Source: an uncultured Methanobacteriaceae archaeon (GTDB lineage: Archaea > Methanobacteriota > Methanobacteria > Methanobacteriales > Methanobacteriaceae). Taken from it: 32,000 nucleotides of DNA. Under the pieces are notes generated by a model. That model saw nothing but the letters and a program-made list of their open reading frames with translations. It made no database searches and was not told where the DNA came from. Positions 20,697 through 29,788 of this stretch are shown piece after piece. The position numbers and the translations under genes were made by a program. The stretch lies in NCBI GenBank assembly GCA_964431035.1, contig CAYSIF010000012.1, forward strand, positions 2,930-34,929. The letters are read 5' to 3'. The first letter of the stretch is position 1; every line of letters starts with the position of its first letter.

Positions 20697-21770
20697 TTGA
20701 TAGACGGACTTAAAATATATGGATCTGATGAATTACCTAAAAAATTAAAAAGAATGAAAAATAGTGCATTTATATGTACAATTGGAACTAGTGAAACATC
20801 TAAAATTCCTGGAATTAGTGAAGCAGGATCCACACCAGAAGATACAAAATATACACCTGCAGCAGATGCAGAATTAATGACAATAGGACGAGTAGAATGT
20901 ACTGATAACATTCCAGAAGCAATAATAGAAGGGGAAAAATTCCCAACACCAGCATTATTAACTAAAGCTTGTTTAGAATTAAGTAGAGTTCCCTTTTTAA
21001 TTGTGAATGCAGGTTGTGAAATAAATCCAAAAATTAAAACAACAGATGTTGGAAGTGAATATGCAAAGGACATAAGAACAGGTCATGCTGTGGAAAATGC
21101 AGAAGAAATATATTACAATAGTATAAATGAAGGAATGGACTTTGAAGAATTCCACGATTACATAGTAATTGGAGAAAGTATGCCTGGTGGAACAACCACT
21201 GCTTTAGGTGTTTTAAAAGCATTAGGATATGATGCAGAATACAAAGTTAGTGGAGCAAACCCTGTAAACCCACATGAACTAAAAATAAAACTCGTTAACG
21301 AAGGACTGAAAAATGCTGGAATAACAAACCCTGATGATGTTCTATCACCATTTGATGCTGTTAAAGCTGTGGGAGATACCATAATCCCGGCAATAGCAGG
21401 AATAACTATGGGGAGTAATAAACCTGTTGTACTCGCAGGTGGAACACAAATGACCGCAGTCTGTGCATTAATAAAAAGTATAGATCCTGATTTTGATTTC
21501 TCAAGAGTAATGATAGCAACAACGGCATATGTTGCAAACGATGAATCTGCAGACTTGATTGATATTAGAAATCAAATTGATGAAAATATAACTATTGCTG
21601 TTGTTGACCCAGGATTTGAAAAAACAGATCATAATGCATTAAAATACTATGCAAAAGGTTTTGTTAAAGAAGGAGCTGGTGCTGGAGGGTCAATGTTTTT
21701 AGCATTACTAAAAGGATATACTATAGAAGAAATAAGAGATAATATTGTTAAGGAAGTTAAAAAACAATAA
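20697..21770 (+). CDS. UPF0284/archaeal CobT-like protein (nicotinate-nucleotide-dimethylbenzimidazole phosphoribosyltransferase homolog)
   Basis: 357-aa ORF with TSKIPGISEAGS, GESMPGGTTTA and LAGGTQM segments characteristic of the archaeal CobT-like family. TTG start at 20697 (GTGA 6 nt upstream), or ATG at 20754. Confidence 0.7.
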   Translation: MIDGLKIYGSDELPKKLKRMKNSAFICTIGTSETSKIPGISEAGSTPEDTKYTPAADAELMTIGRVECTDNIPEAIIEGEKFPTPALLTKACLELSRVPFLIVNAGCEINPKIKTTDVGSEYAKDIRTGHAVENAEEIYYNSINEGMDFEEFHDYIVIGESMPGGTTTALGVLKALGYDAEYKVSGANPVNPHELKIKLVNEGLKNAGITNPDDVLSPFDAVKAVGDTIIPAIAGITMGSNKPVVLAGGTQMTAVCALIKSIDPDFDFSRVMIATTAYVANDESADLIDIRNQIDENITIAVVDPGFEKTDHNALKYYAKGFVKEGAGAGGSMFLALLKGYTIEEIRDNIVKEVKKQ

Positions 21771-21789
21771 AAATTCTATTTTTTTATTG
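21765..21789. terminator. AT-only 9-bp hairpin spanning both stop codons of convergent genes
   Basis: CAATAAAAA (21765-21773) / TTTTTATTG (21781-21789) with a 7-nt loop. It overlaps the cobT-like stop (21768-21770) and the Sm-like gene stop (21784-21786). Confidence 0.3.
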
Positions 21790-21981
21790 TTTAATAGATA
21801 TAAAAAGGACTTTTCCGCCTTTTATAACTTTTAACTCATCATTAACATCTATAACAGTATTTAAAAAATTATCAACTGTTACAAGTTTACCTTCTATTTC
21901 ATCACCATTTTTTAACTTTAAAATTGCGTCTTCTCCAAAATATTCTTCAAATTGTTTACTTATTTGAACATCTGCATTCAT
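21784..21981 (-). CDS. Sm-like (LSm) fold protein, short and divergent
   Basis: GKLVTVDNFLNTVI fits the Sm1 pattern G.L...D..(M/L)N, and VIKGGKVLFISI fits the Sm2 pattern (I/V)(R/K)G..(I/V). The likely start is ATG 21981, with GGAG 9 nt upstream; the track's TTG 21996 is less likely. Confidence 0.55.
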   Translation of the reverse strand: MNADVQISKQFEEYFGEDAILKLKNGDEIEGKLVTVDNFLNTVIDVNDELKVIKGGKVLFISIKQ

Positions 21982-22159
21982 TATTAAAAACTCCAAAAAA
22001 AATAATTTTTAATATTTTTTTAGAAAAAAACTGAAAAATATTAGTCAATTAAATTATATAACATATATTTATATAATTTTCTTAAATAAAAGTTTATTTA
22101 TAATTAAATAAAAATAAATAATTTAGTAATTAAATAAAAAAATTGAGTTGAAAATAATT

Positions 22160-22306
22160 ATGCCAATAAATCAATTAGAAAGTACCTTACAAGCAATAAC
22201 AACAACTTTAGCTAAACTCGAACAAGAAGGATGCGAGGATAAAGAAAAACTTGAAGGTTTAAGAAAAGAAAGAGATAAAATTTTAAAACAAATGAATATA
22301 AAATAA
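22160..22306 (+). CDS. Unlisted small ORF, 48 aa, predicted coiled-coil protein
   Basis: ATG 22160 to TAA 22304-22306 gives MPINQLESTLQAITTTLAKLEQEGCEDKEKLEGLRKERDKILKQMNIK. That is 48 stop-free codons inside a very AT-rich intergenic region. An SD-like GAGTTGA lies 8 nt upstream and a T7 run directly follows the stop. It falls below the size cutoff of the supplied track. Confidence 0.45.
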   Translation: MPINQLESTLQAITTTLAKLEQEGCEDKEKLEGLRKERDKILKQMNIK

Positions 22307-22326
22307 AATTTTTTTATATTCAAATA

Positions 22327-23097
22327 TTACCAATTTTTTAAAGAATCTAAATCTCCAGTAGAATCTAATTTTAATGGGGTTAATGTTGGTTGTTTAAGTA
22401 TTTTCATACCATAACCATCTGTTTCTTCTGGATCATCATCATATGGTTTTCCACCTATCCAATAATATGGTTTTCCTCGAGGATCAGTTCTTTTATGGAT
22501 AACTGGATAATACATTCTTTCACCAAGTTTAGTTATTAATATATCCTCTTTTAATGGATTAGCTGGGACATTTAAATTTAATAAATCTACACCTTTAGGT
22601 AATCCTTTTTTTAGAACTTTTTCAACTATTTCTAATAATATTTTCTTAGTTAAATCATAGTTTAGTTTAACATGACGTTCAAACTTCATTTCATCATCAG
22701 TTACTTGTTGTGAAACTGCTATTGATGGTATTCCTAGTGATGCTGCTTCCATAGCTGCACTAATTGTTCCAGATGTTGTTAATTCTAATTTTCCTGTATT
22801 ATGTCCCACATTAATTCCAGATATGACTAAATCTGGTTTTTCATCCATAATCTCAAGGATTCCTAATTGAACAGAATCTGCAGGAGTTCCAGAAACAGAA
22901 AATGCTTCAAAACCATCATCTAATATTAATTTATTTATTCTTAATGGTGAAAATAAGGTTAAAGCTCGTCCAATAGCACTTTGTTGATTTACTGGTGCTA
23001 CAATAGTTACATCTGCAATATCACTAATAGATTCCTTTGCAGCAAGAATTCCTGATGATGAAACACCATCATCATTTGTAATTAAAACTTTTTTCAT
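22327..23097 (-). CDS. surE: 5'/3'-nucleotidase SurE
   Basis: 256-aa ORF with the N-terminal VLITNDDG signature, SGINVGHN and the SGT.SAAMEA motif. Confidence 0.9.
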   Translation of the reverse strand: MKKVLITNDDGVSSSGILAAKESISDIADVTIVAPVNQQSAIGRALTLFSPLRINKLILDDGFEAFSVSGTPADSVQLGILEIMDEKPDLVISGINVGHNTGKLELTTSGTISAAMEAASLGIPSIAVSQQVTDDEMKFERHVKLNYDLTKKILLEIVEKVLKKGLPKGVDLLNLNVPANPLKEDILITKLGERMYYPVIHKRTDPRGKPYYWIGGKPYDDDPEETDGYGMKILKQPTLTPLKLDSTGDLDSLKNW

Positions 23098-23307
23098 AAT
23101 AGATATAGTATATATTTAAAATAATATTTTAATGTTGATGAAAAATTAATTTTGTAAAAAATAATTTTTATATATCACTACAAATTAATATTATAATTAC
23201 TATTTTAAAAAAAAAATCATAATTATTTTTTCTTAATCAAAAAACTTAATTTTTAATTTTAAGATATAATTAAGTTTTATTCACTAAATATTCAAGTATA
23301 AACACAG

Positions 23308-24267
23308 GTGAAAATCTTGGAGAAACAACAATTAATAAAATTTGTAGCAAAGGTAATGGAGGATTCAGGTTTTACTGTATACAAAAACTTTAGAACCATT
23401 GATAAAACTGTTGATATATATGCTGTGCTTCCATCATCAGTTGGGGAAATCGGAGTAGTTATTGCATGTAAAAACTATGAAGAAGAGTTTGAAGTTGGAG
23501 TAGACGTTTTAATGGAAATGGAAGAAGTTAAAGAATCATTAGATGCTTCTAAAATAACTATTGTAACTAGTAGCAGTTTTTCACCTGAAGCTATTGACTA
23601 TTCAGAATTAAAAAATATTAAACTAGTTGACAGAGAAGGACTAATAAAATTAGCTAAAAAGTACTCCAATAAACCTACATCTGAAGAAGAAACTGTTGAA
23701 GAAGATGATATTGGAGCTAACAGAATTCCTGATGAAATTGAAGATGATGAAGTTGATTCAATACAACCAGATACTGTTGAACAAACTCCTGAAGATGAAG
23801 AAGCTGTTAGAAGCTTTTTAAATAAGGCATATATTCCACCTGAAACTAATACAGGTAGTGGAAGATTCTTCACAGGAAATAGAAATAATAATAATTCAAG
23901 TGGGAGTATTCTCAACAAGCAAAGTAGCGGTCCTAGAAGAAGTGATAGATCTAGTTTAGGTTCAAGAAATATTAATTTATCCAATAGAGAAATGCCTGCT
24001 TTTCTTGATAAACTACGACCTATACTAAGTAATACTATTGTTTTAATCATTATTGTTGTGGTATTATCTTATCTTGTTCAAGCTGCATTAACTGCTTTTA
24101 CTGGTATTTCAAGTGGTATTGCAGGTGTTGTTGAATTATTAATTGCTCTTGCTTTATCTTATGGTTTAATTTTATTATTTGATAGAGAAGGATCTCAAAT
24201 TTTAGTTAAAGGAACTATAATATTCTTTATTTCATTAATTCTTTTAATGTTACTTGTAATATTATAG
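23308..24267 (+). CDS. Membrane-anchored protein with an N-terminal Mrr-type restriction-endonuclease-fold domain
   Basis: 319-aa ORF. Residues about 5-120 match the Mrr_cat pattern (VDIYAV...VVIACKNY...ITIVTSSSFSPEA...IKLVDREGL). An acidic stretch and then an N/S/R-rich low-complexity stretch follow, ending in three hydrophobic helices in the last about 95 aa. TTG 23317 is preceded by AGGTGA at a 5-nt spacing and may be the true start. Confidence 0.65.
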   Translation: MKILEKQQLIKFVAKVMEDSGFTVYKNFRTIDKTVDIYAVLPSSVGEIGVVIACKNYEEEFEVGVDVLMEMEEVKESLDASKITIVTSSSFSPEAIDYSELKNIKLVDREGLIKLAKKYSNKPTSEEETVEEDDIGANRIPDEIEDDEVDSIQPDTVEQTPEDEEAVRSFLNKAYIPPETNTGSGRFFTGNRNNNNSSGSILNKQSSGPRRSDRSSLGSRNINLSNREMPAFLDKLRPILSNTIVLIIIVVVLSYLVQAALTAFTGISSGIAGVVELLIALALSYGLILLFDREGSQILVKGTIIFFISLILLMLLVIL

Positions 24268-24289
24268 GATTTTTTTATCCTATTTTTTT
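24265..24289 (+). terminator. Hairpin plus T7 run at the end of the 23308-24267 gene
   Basis: TAGGAT (24265-24270) / ATCCTA (24277-24282) with a T6 loop, followed by T7 (24283-24289). The stem includes the TAG stop. Confidence 0.45.
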
Positions 24290-24350
24290 ATTTTTAAATT
24301 TATAATAGTAACCTTTATATAATATAAAATACAGAACTTTTATTGTTAAT

Positions 24351-24422
24351 GGTTCCGTGGTCTAGAGGTATGATACCTCCCTTACAAGGAGGGGATCACG
24401 AGTTCGAATCTCGTCGGAACCA
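24351..24422 (+). tRNA. tRNA-Val (anticodon UAC), no encoded CCA
   Basis: The only GC-rich island in the AT-rich spacers. Hand-folded cloverleaf has a 7-bp acceptor GGTTCCG/CGGAACC and anticodon stem CCTCC/GGAGG with loop CTTACAA (T33, TAC, A37). The variable loop is 5 nt, the T arm is ACGAG-TTCGAAT-CTCGT, and the discriminator is A. The D stem has one U-U mismatch. Confidence 0.9.
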
Positions 24423-24665
24423 CTACTATTTCTTTAAAATTTTACTTTTCAAAAATTATAAACACATATTACTTATTCTAAAAAAAGATTAAACCTACTT
24501 ATTCTTAATAAAATATCAATCTTTTCTTTAAATAAAAAAATATAGATAAACTAAAAATATATTTAATTAATTAAAGAAATAAAAATATAAAATAATTTAA
24601 TATTTATTATTATAATTAAAAAAAATACAAACTTTTATAAAAAAAATTATTTATGGTGATTAACA

Positions 24666-25589
24666 ATGGCATGGGATGATGGAAACCTTAAAATATGGAT
24701 GAATGGAGAATTTGTAGATTGGAAAGACGCTAATATTCATGTATTATCACACGTAGTACATTACGGTTCAGCTGTTTTCGAAGGTATGAGATGTTACGAA
24801 AACAAAAAAGGATCAGCAATATTCCAATTAGATGCACATGTAGACAGATTATTTAACTCTGCAAAAATATACAATATGCCTATACCTAAAACAAAAGAAG
24901 AAATAAGCGAAGCTATAAAAGAAACCGTCAGAGTAAACAATTTAAAATCATGCTACATTCGTCCAATAAGTTTTAGAGGATATGGTGAATTAGGAGTAAC
25001 ACCAGTTAATTGTCCAGTTATCACCACAATTGCAGCATGGGAATGGGGATCCTATCTTGGAGAAGAAGGAATGAAAAGAGGTGTTGAAGTAGGAGTATCA
25101 TCTTGGAGAAAACCTGCACCAGACACACTACCAACATTAGCAAAAGCTGCAGCAAATTACATGAACTCCCAATTAGCTAAAATGGAAGCTACAGAAAACG
25201 GATTTGATGAATGTATACAATTAGATTATCAAGGCCATGTTGGAGAGGGAAGTGGTGAAAACATTTTCATGATAAAAAATGGTAAAATATACACTCCAAC
25301 ATTAGCATCATCTGTATTAGATGGTATAACAAGAGCTACAGTTATCCAAATTGCAAAAGACTTAGGATATGAAGTTATTGAAAGACCAATCCAAAGAGAA
25401 TCTCTATACATTGCAGATGAATTATTCTTCACAGGATCTGCTGCAGAAGTAACACCTATAAGATCTGTTGATGGTAGAGAAATAGGAATTGGAAGTAGAG
25501 GACCAATAACTGAAAAAATACAATCCTCATTCTTCGATATTGTTGAAGCAAAAGTTGAAGACAAATATAATTGGTTAAACTATATTTAA
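24666..25589 (+). CDS. ilvE: Branched-chain amino acid aminotransferase (class IV)
   Basis: 307-aa ORF with [12 protein letters not shown], the EGSGENIF motif and GITR. GGTGA lies 7 nt upstream of the ATG. Confidence 0.92.
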   Translation: MAWDDGNLKIWMNGEFVDWKDANIHVLSHVVHYGSAVFEGMRCYENKKGSAIFQLDAHVDRLFNSAKIYNMPIPKTKEEISEAIKETVRVNNLKSCYIRPISFRGYGELGVTPVNCPVITTIAAWEWGSYLGEEGMKRGVEVGVSSWRKPAPDTLPTLAKAAANYMNSQLAKMEATENGFDECIQLDYQGHVGEGSGENIFMIKNGKIYTPTLASSVLDGITRATVIQIAKDLGYEVIERPIQRESLYIADELFFTGSAAEVTPIRSVDGREIGIGSRGPITEKIQSSFFDIVEAKVEDKYNWLNYI

Positions 25590-25618
25590 ACACTAACAAT
25601 AATTTTTTTGGGATAAAA

Positions 25619-26446
25619 ATGGATATATTTCAAGCCATAATAATAGGATTAATACAAGGGCTAACTGAATTTTTACCAGTTAGTAGTTCTGCACATTTAA
25701 TATTTGCACAACATGCCCTTGGAGTAAGTAGTGATTTAGCATTTGATGTTATGTTACATGTTGGAACACTAGTCGCTGTAGTTGTTTTCTTCTTTAAAGA
25801 TATAGTTTTAATGATTTATGCTTTCTTATTAAGTATCAAAGACTTATTTACAGGTAAATTCATACAAGGATTAAGGGAAGAAAGTTATAAACGATTAGCA
25901 TGGTATGTTATACTTGGTACAATACCAATAGGATTAGTCGGTGTATTATTTAATGATGCAGTGGAATCAATTTTCACAGGTGTTAATATCCCAGCATTCT
26001 TTTTACTTATAACAGGAGTATTACTTTACATATCCCAAAGAATAAACACTGGAAAAATAAAACAAGAAGATTTAACCCTAAAACAAAGTATTTTAATAGG
26101 TTGTGGACAGGCTATCGCAATATTACCCGGTCTATCAAGATCAGGAACAACAATAGCTACTGGATTAACATTAGGATTGGATAAAGAATTCGCTGCAAAA
26201 TTCAGTTTCCTATTATCAATACCTGCAATACTTGGAGCTGCAGTTGTAGAATTAAAAGATTTAGCATTAACTGATGTTAATTTAGGAGCATATGTTGCTG
26301 GTTTTATTGTAGCAGCAGTTTCAGGATATTTAGCTATAAAATTCTTATTAGAACTTATTCAAAAAAGAAGTTTGGATATATTTTCATACTATTGTTGGAT
26401 AGTTGGTATAATAATATTATTAGGTTGTTTAATATTCGGTTGGTAA
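25619..26446 (+). CDS. uppP: Undecaprenyl-diphosphatase (BacA/UppP)
   Basis: GLTEFLPVSSSAHL and the PGLSRSGTTI motifs, in a multi-pass membrane protein. The ORF opens at 25571, but MDIFQAIIIG at 25619 is the typical N-terminus. Confidence 0.9.
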   Translation: MDIFQAIIIGLIQGLTEFLPVSSSAHLIFAQHALGVSSDLAFDVMLHVGTLVAVVVFFFKDIVLMIYAFLLSIKDLFTGKFIQGLREESYKRLAWYVILGTIPIGLVGVLFNDAVESIFTGVNIPAFFLLITGVLLYISQRINTGKIKQEDLTLKQSILIGCGQAIAILPGLSRSGTTIATGLTLGLDKEFAAKFSFLLSIPAILGAAVVELKDLALTDVNLGAYVAGFIVAAVSGYLAIKFLLELIQKRSLDIFSYYCWIVGIIILLGCLIFGW

Positions 26447-26486
26447 AATATTAAATTACCTTAATTTTTTTCTTATTTTTAACACT

Positions 26487-27356
26487 TTATATTAAAGTTG
26501 TTTGTTTTGTTTTGTCCTTATTTGGAAATTTATGTAAGTATTCAAATATCTCATCTGGTTTATTCATTATATTATTTTCTTCTGTTCTTTTTTCAAAAAT
26601 TTGCATTAATTTTGGATTGTTTGGACTTTCTATATGATATGAGTCTTTATATTTTTTTATATATTTTTCTTTAAGTCCTGGGAAGTGTTGGTCTAGTTTT
26701 TTATAGTAATATTGTCTGTCTCCTTTTCTAAGTGTCATACCCATAGCAAAGCATATTATTCCTTTAACATCTGATTTTATACAGTTATCTAATATTTTAT
26801 TTATGTTTTCTTCTGTATCTGTAATATATGGTAATATTGGGCATAACCATACAACCGTTGGGATTTTTTCTTTTTTTAATATTTCTAATAATTCATATCT
26901 TCTTTTAGTTGTGCAGACATTTGGTTCTATGATCTTTGATAATTTTTCATCATGTACTGTTAAACTTATTTGAACAACTGTTTTTGCTTTTTCATTAATT
27001 TTTTTAAGTAAATCTAAGTCTCTAAGTATTAAATCAGATTTTGTTATACATGTAAATCCATGTCCATACTTGTATATTAATTCTAAGGATTTTCTAACAT
27101 ATTGAAGCTTTGATTCCAGGGGTATATACGGATCTGTCATTGCTCCTGTACCTATCATGACTTTTTCTCTTTTATTTTTTAGGGCTTTTCTTAATAGTTC
27201 TATTGAGTTTTTTTTAACTTCTATATCTTCAAAGTCATGTTGCATATTATATATTTCGCTTCTAGAATCACAGTATATACAACCATGACTGCATCCGCGA
27301 TATAGGTTCATCCCATTTTTATTAGATAGTAATGTTTTTGCGTTTACAAAGTGCAT
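26487..27356 (-). CDS. Radical SAM protein, SplB/COG1533-like (DNA photolyase-like radical SAM family)
   Basis: 289-aa ORF with N-terminal GCSHGCIYC (CxxxCxxC) after LYRG. Size and layout resemble SPL-lyase-type radical SAM proteins. Confidence 0.6.
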   Translation of the reverse strand: MHFVNAKTLLSNKNGMNLYRGCSHGCIYCDSRSEIYNMQHDFEDIEVKKNSIELLRKALKNKREKVMIGTGAMTDPYIPLESKLQYVRKSLELIYKYGHGFTCITKSDLILRDLDLLKKINEKAKTVVQISLTVHDEKLSKIIEPNVCTTKRRYELLEILKKEKIPTVVWLCPILPYITDTEENINKILDNCIKSDVKGIICFAMGMTLRKGDRQYYYKKLDQHFPGLKEKYIKKYKDSYHIESPNNPKLMQIFEKRTEENNIMNKPDEIFEYLHKFPNKDKTKQTTLI

Positions 27357-27440
27357 AATTTTATCTTATTTTTTTAGTATTGGTTTCTTTTAGAGATAAG
27401 TGTTTATTTGATTTTAGTAAAATAAAATGAGGATGTTTTT

Positions 27441-28448
27441 TTAATATTCTACTTCTATGCCCATAATTTCTTTTTTACCATTGTAAACATCTCTTGCTAT
27501 TTGGGCTGCTCCTAGTGCTCCTGAGTCGATGCCTATAACTTCAATTTCATATTCGTTTTTTAAATATTTGTTTAGTTTTCCTTTAAAATTGAAAGGTTCT
27601 TCCATTGAGCCTAATGAACCTGTTAAAACTATTCCTTGTATTTCGTTTTCACTTATTCCTATAAGACCTATGATTTCCATTGCTATTGTCATTACCATGG
27701 TATCTATTGCTAATTTTGCATTTTCATCATTTTCTCTGTATTTTTTAAGTATGTCATCTTTGATGAATTGAACTTTATTGTTTACATTAGCAATTTTAAC
27801 TGCTCCTGCATTTGAGAAGCATTCGTTTGCGGTTTTTTTATCATCATCTATTTGTCTTATCATTTCTAAGTCTAATGGTCCATGTACAAATCCCATTGCT
27901 CCTAGACATGCGTCTATTGCACCGTATATTTTTCCGTTTTGTATTAGTAGGTTAACACTGTTTGAGCTTAAGTCTCCTACTATCATGTTTTCCCATCCTG
28001 TTTTTAGGAATGCATTATATACTATGCTTACTTTTTCTGGGCTTGCTTGGTGTGAGTATGCTGCTCTGAATAGTGGGTTTAGTGATGTTGAGTCTTTGTG
28101 TAGTCCCGGAATCATTATTGTTGGTATGTTTGAGTTTTCAATTTCGGAGTATACTGATGTTCCTCCTCCAGTTACTTTTCCTGCTCCTTCTATTGATTGT
28201 ATTCCTCTATTTTTAACTTTTTCTATTTTTTGTATTTTGTTAAATCCATCACCCATTGCATAGGTTATTGCCATTAGTTTTATATTTTCTAGGGGTGTTC
28301 TTTTGGATATTTCATCTAGTGCTTTTACTTTTCCGTTTTTTGTATCTTCACGTGAGATTTTAAATGTGTCTATTATTGTATTGTCTTTTGATGAGAGGAT
28401 TGTGAAGGATATTCCAGTTGTTCCATGATCCATTCCTACGAAAACCAT
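27441..28448 (-). CDS. Methanogenesis marker protein 12 (UPF0285; ASKHA-fold ATPase-like, function unknown)
   Basis: 335-aa ORF with N-terminal MVFVGMDHGTTGISF (ASKHA phosphate-1 DxGxT) and a C-terminal GIDSGALGAAQIA motif. The family was recognised from memory of UPF0285 sequences. Confidence 0.65.
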   Translation of the reverse strand: MVFVGMDHGTTGISFTILSSKDNTIIDTFKISREDTKNGKVKALDEISKRTPLENIKLMAITYAMGDGFNKIQKIEKVKNRGIQSIEGAGKVTGGGTSVYSEIENSNIPTIMIPGLHKDSTSLNPLFRAAYSHQASPEKVSIVYNAFLKTGWENMIVGDLSSNSVNLLIQNGKIYGAIDACLGAMGFVHGPLDLEMIRQIDDDKKTANECFSNAGAVKIANVNNKVQFIKDDILKKYRENDENAKLAIDTMVMTIAMEIIGLIGISENEIQGIVLTGSLGSMEEPFNFKGKLNKYLKNEYEIEVIGIDSGALGAAQIARDVYNGKKEIMGIEVEY

Positions 28449-28564
28449 AACTTATCAACTTTTTTTGATTAGTTTTTTAAAATTAGAGTTTTATAAAAAA
28501 AAATAAGATTTTTGTTATTAATGAAAATTTATATTATTATAAAAAAAATAGTGTTTAAAAAAGA

Positions 28565-28591
28565 GATAATCTATTAATTTTTTAGATTATC
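28565..28591 (-). terminator. Hairpin plus T-run downstream of ilvC
   Basis: Perfect 9-bp inverted repeat GATAATCTA (28565-28573) / TAGATTATC (28583-28591) with a 9-nt loop. It is flanked by an A-run on one side and a T-run on the other, so it could act bidirectionally. It lies 20 nt past the ilvC stop. Confidence 0.5.
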
Positions 28592-28611
28592 CTTTTTTTT
28601 ATGTTTTTTAC

Positions 28612-29604
28612 TTATTCGTCTTTTTGAAGACCGCAAGCTTTTCTGAGTTTGGTACCAACATTTTCTATTTCAGATGCTGCTACTTCGTTTCTCATTTCTT
28701 TTAAGTTTGCGAAGTCTGTTTTGTATTCTTCTCTGAATTCGTCTTTGAATTTTTTAGATTGAATATCGGATAAGATTTTTTTCATTTCTGCTTTAACATC
28801 ATCTGTTACTACACGGCCTCCACGGGTGTGTGCTCCGTATTCTGCAGTGTTACTGATGTCTCCGTACATTGCTGCGAATCCTTTGTTGTAGATGATATCT
28901 ACTATGAGTTTTAATTCGTGACATGTTTCGAAGTATGCGATTTCTGGTTGGTATCCTGCTTCTACTAATGTTTCGAATCCTGCTTTAATAACATCTGGGA
29001 TTCCTCCACAGAGTACTGCTTGTTCACCGAATAAATCTGTTTCTGTTTCTTCTTTGAATGTTGTTTCGATTACTCCAGCTCTTGTGAATCCTGCTGCTTT
29101 AGCTAGGTTTAATGCGATTTGTTTTGCATCTCCAGTTGCGTCTTGTTCTACTGCAACGAGTCCTGGTATTCCGAATCCTTGTTTGTAAGTTTCTCTTACC
29201 ATTGATCCTGGTCCTTTTGGTGCGAACATTATGACGTTTACATCTTCTGCTGGTTTTATTAATTCGTAGAATATGTTGAAACCGTGGGAGAATGATAATG
29301 TGTTTCCACTTTCGACGTATGGTGCGATTTTTTCTTCGTAGATTTCTGCTTGTAATTCATCTGGTAATAATATGTGGATGATGTCTGCTTCTTTTGCTGC
29401 ATCTTCGAAGGATTTTACGTTCATTCCATCATCATTAGCTTTTTTCCAGGAGTTTCCTCCTTCTCTTAAACCTACAATAACGTTAACTCCGCTGTCTGCT
29501 AAGTTTCTTGATTGAGCTCTACCTTGACTTCCGTAACCCATTACAGCTACAGTTTTATCTGCAATAGCTCCAGTGTCAACGTCTTTATCGTAATACATTT
29601 GCAT
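28612..29604 (-). CDS. ilvC: Ketol-acid reductoisomerase
   Basis: 330-aa ORF with the [21 protein letters not shown]-binding motif and GEQAVLCGG. Confidence 0.95.
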   Translation of the reverse strand: MQMYYDKDVDTGAIADKTVAVMGYGSQGRAQSRNLADSGVNVIVGLREGGNSWKKANDDGMNVKSFEDAAKEADIIHILLPDELQAEIYEEKIAPYVESGNTLSFSHGFNIFYELIKPAEDVNVIMFAPKGPGSMVRETYKQGFGIPGLVAVEQDATGDAKQIALNLAKAAGFTRAGVIETTFKEETETDLFGEQAVLCGGIPDVIKAGFETLVEAGYQPEIAYFETCHELKLIVDIIYNKGFAAMYGDISNTAEYGAHTRGGRVVTDDVKAEMKKILSDIQSKKFKDEFREEYKTDFANLKEMRNEVAASEIENVGTKLRKACGLQKDE

Positions 29605-29788
29605 TTTTTAATCATCTCGGTTTTTTATTTTTTTTATATAAAAGTATAATATTGATTGAATAATATAAAAACTTCAATATATTTATAAGTATTATGTTTT
29701 TTAATTTATATAATTTATGTAAAAAAATAGAATATAGATAAATAAGTTTTAAAATAAGAAAAAAAGAGAAAAATAGAGGTTAAAATTT

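Noticed and set aside
20657-21382. Minus-strand ORFs (20657-21073, 21034-21222, 21158-21382) overlapping the cobT-like gene
   Set aside because: They have no recognisable motifs or ribosome-binding sites, whereas the plus-strand frame carries conserved CobT-like segments. These are shadow frames.
22081-22140. Repeated TAATTAAATAAAAA-type strings upstream of the small ORF
   Set aside because: This is pure A/T low complexity. Imperfect copies are expected by chance at this composition.
23133-23160. C/D-box sRNA candidate (GTTGATGA resembling a C box) in the surE/Mrr spacer
   Set aside because: The first position is not a purine-consistent RUGAUGA match. No CUGA D box or terminal stem occurs at an appropriate distance.
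24470-24505. 10-bp direct repeat TACTTATTCT (24470-24479 and 24496-24505) downstream of the tRNA, considered as an att-site remnant
   Set aside because: It is short, AT-rich and not derived from the tRNA 3' end. No copy of the tRNA 3' segment (GAATCTCGTCGGAACC) is seen elsewhere in the window, and no integrase is present.
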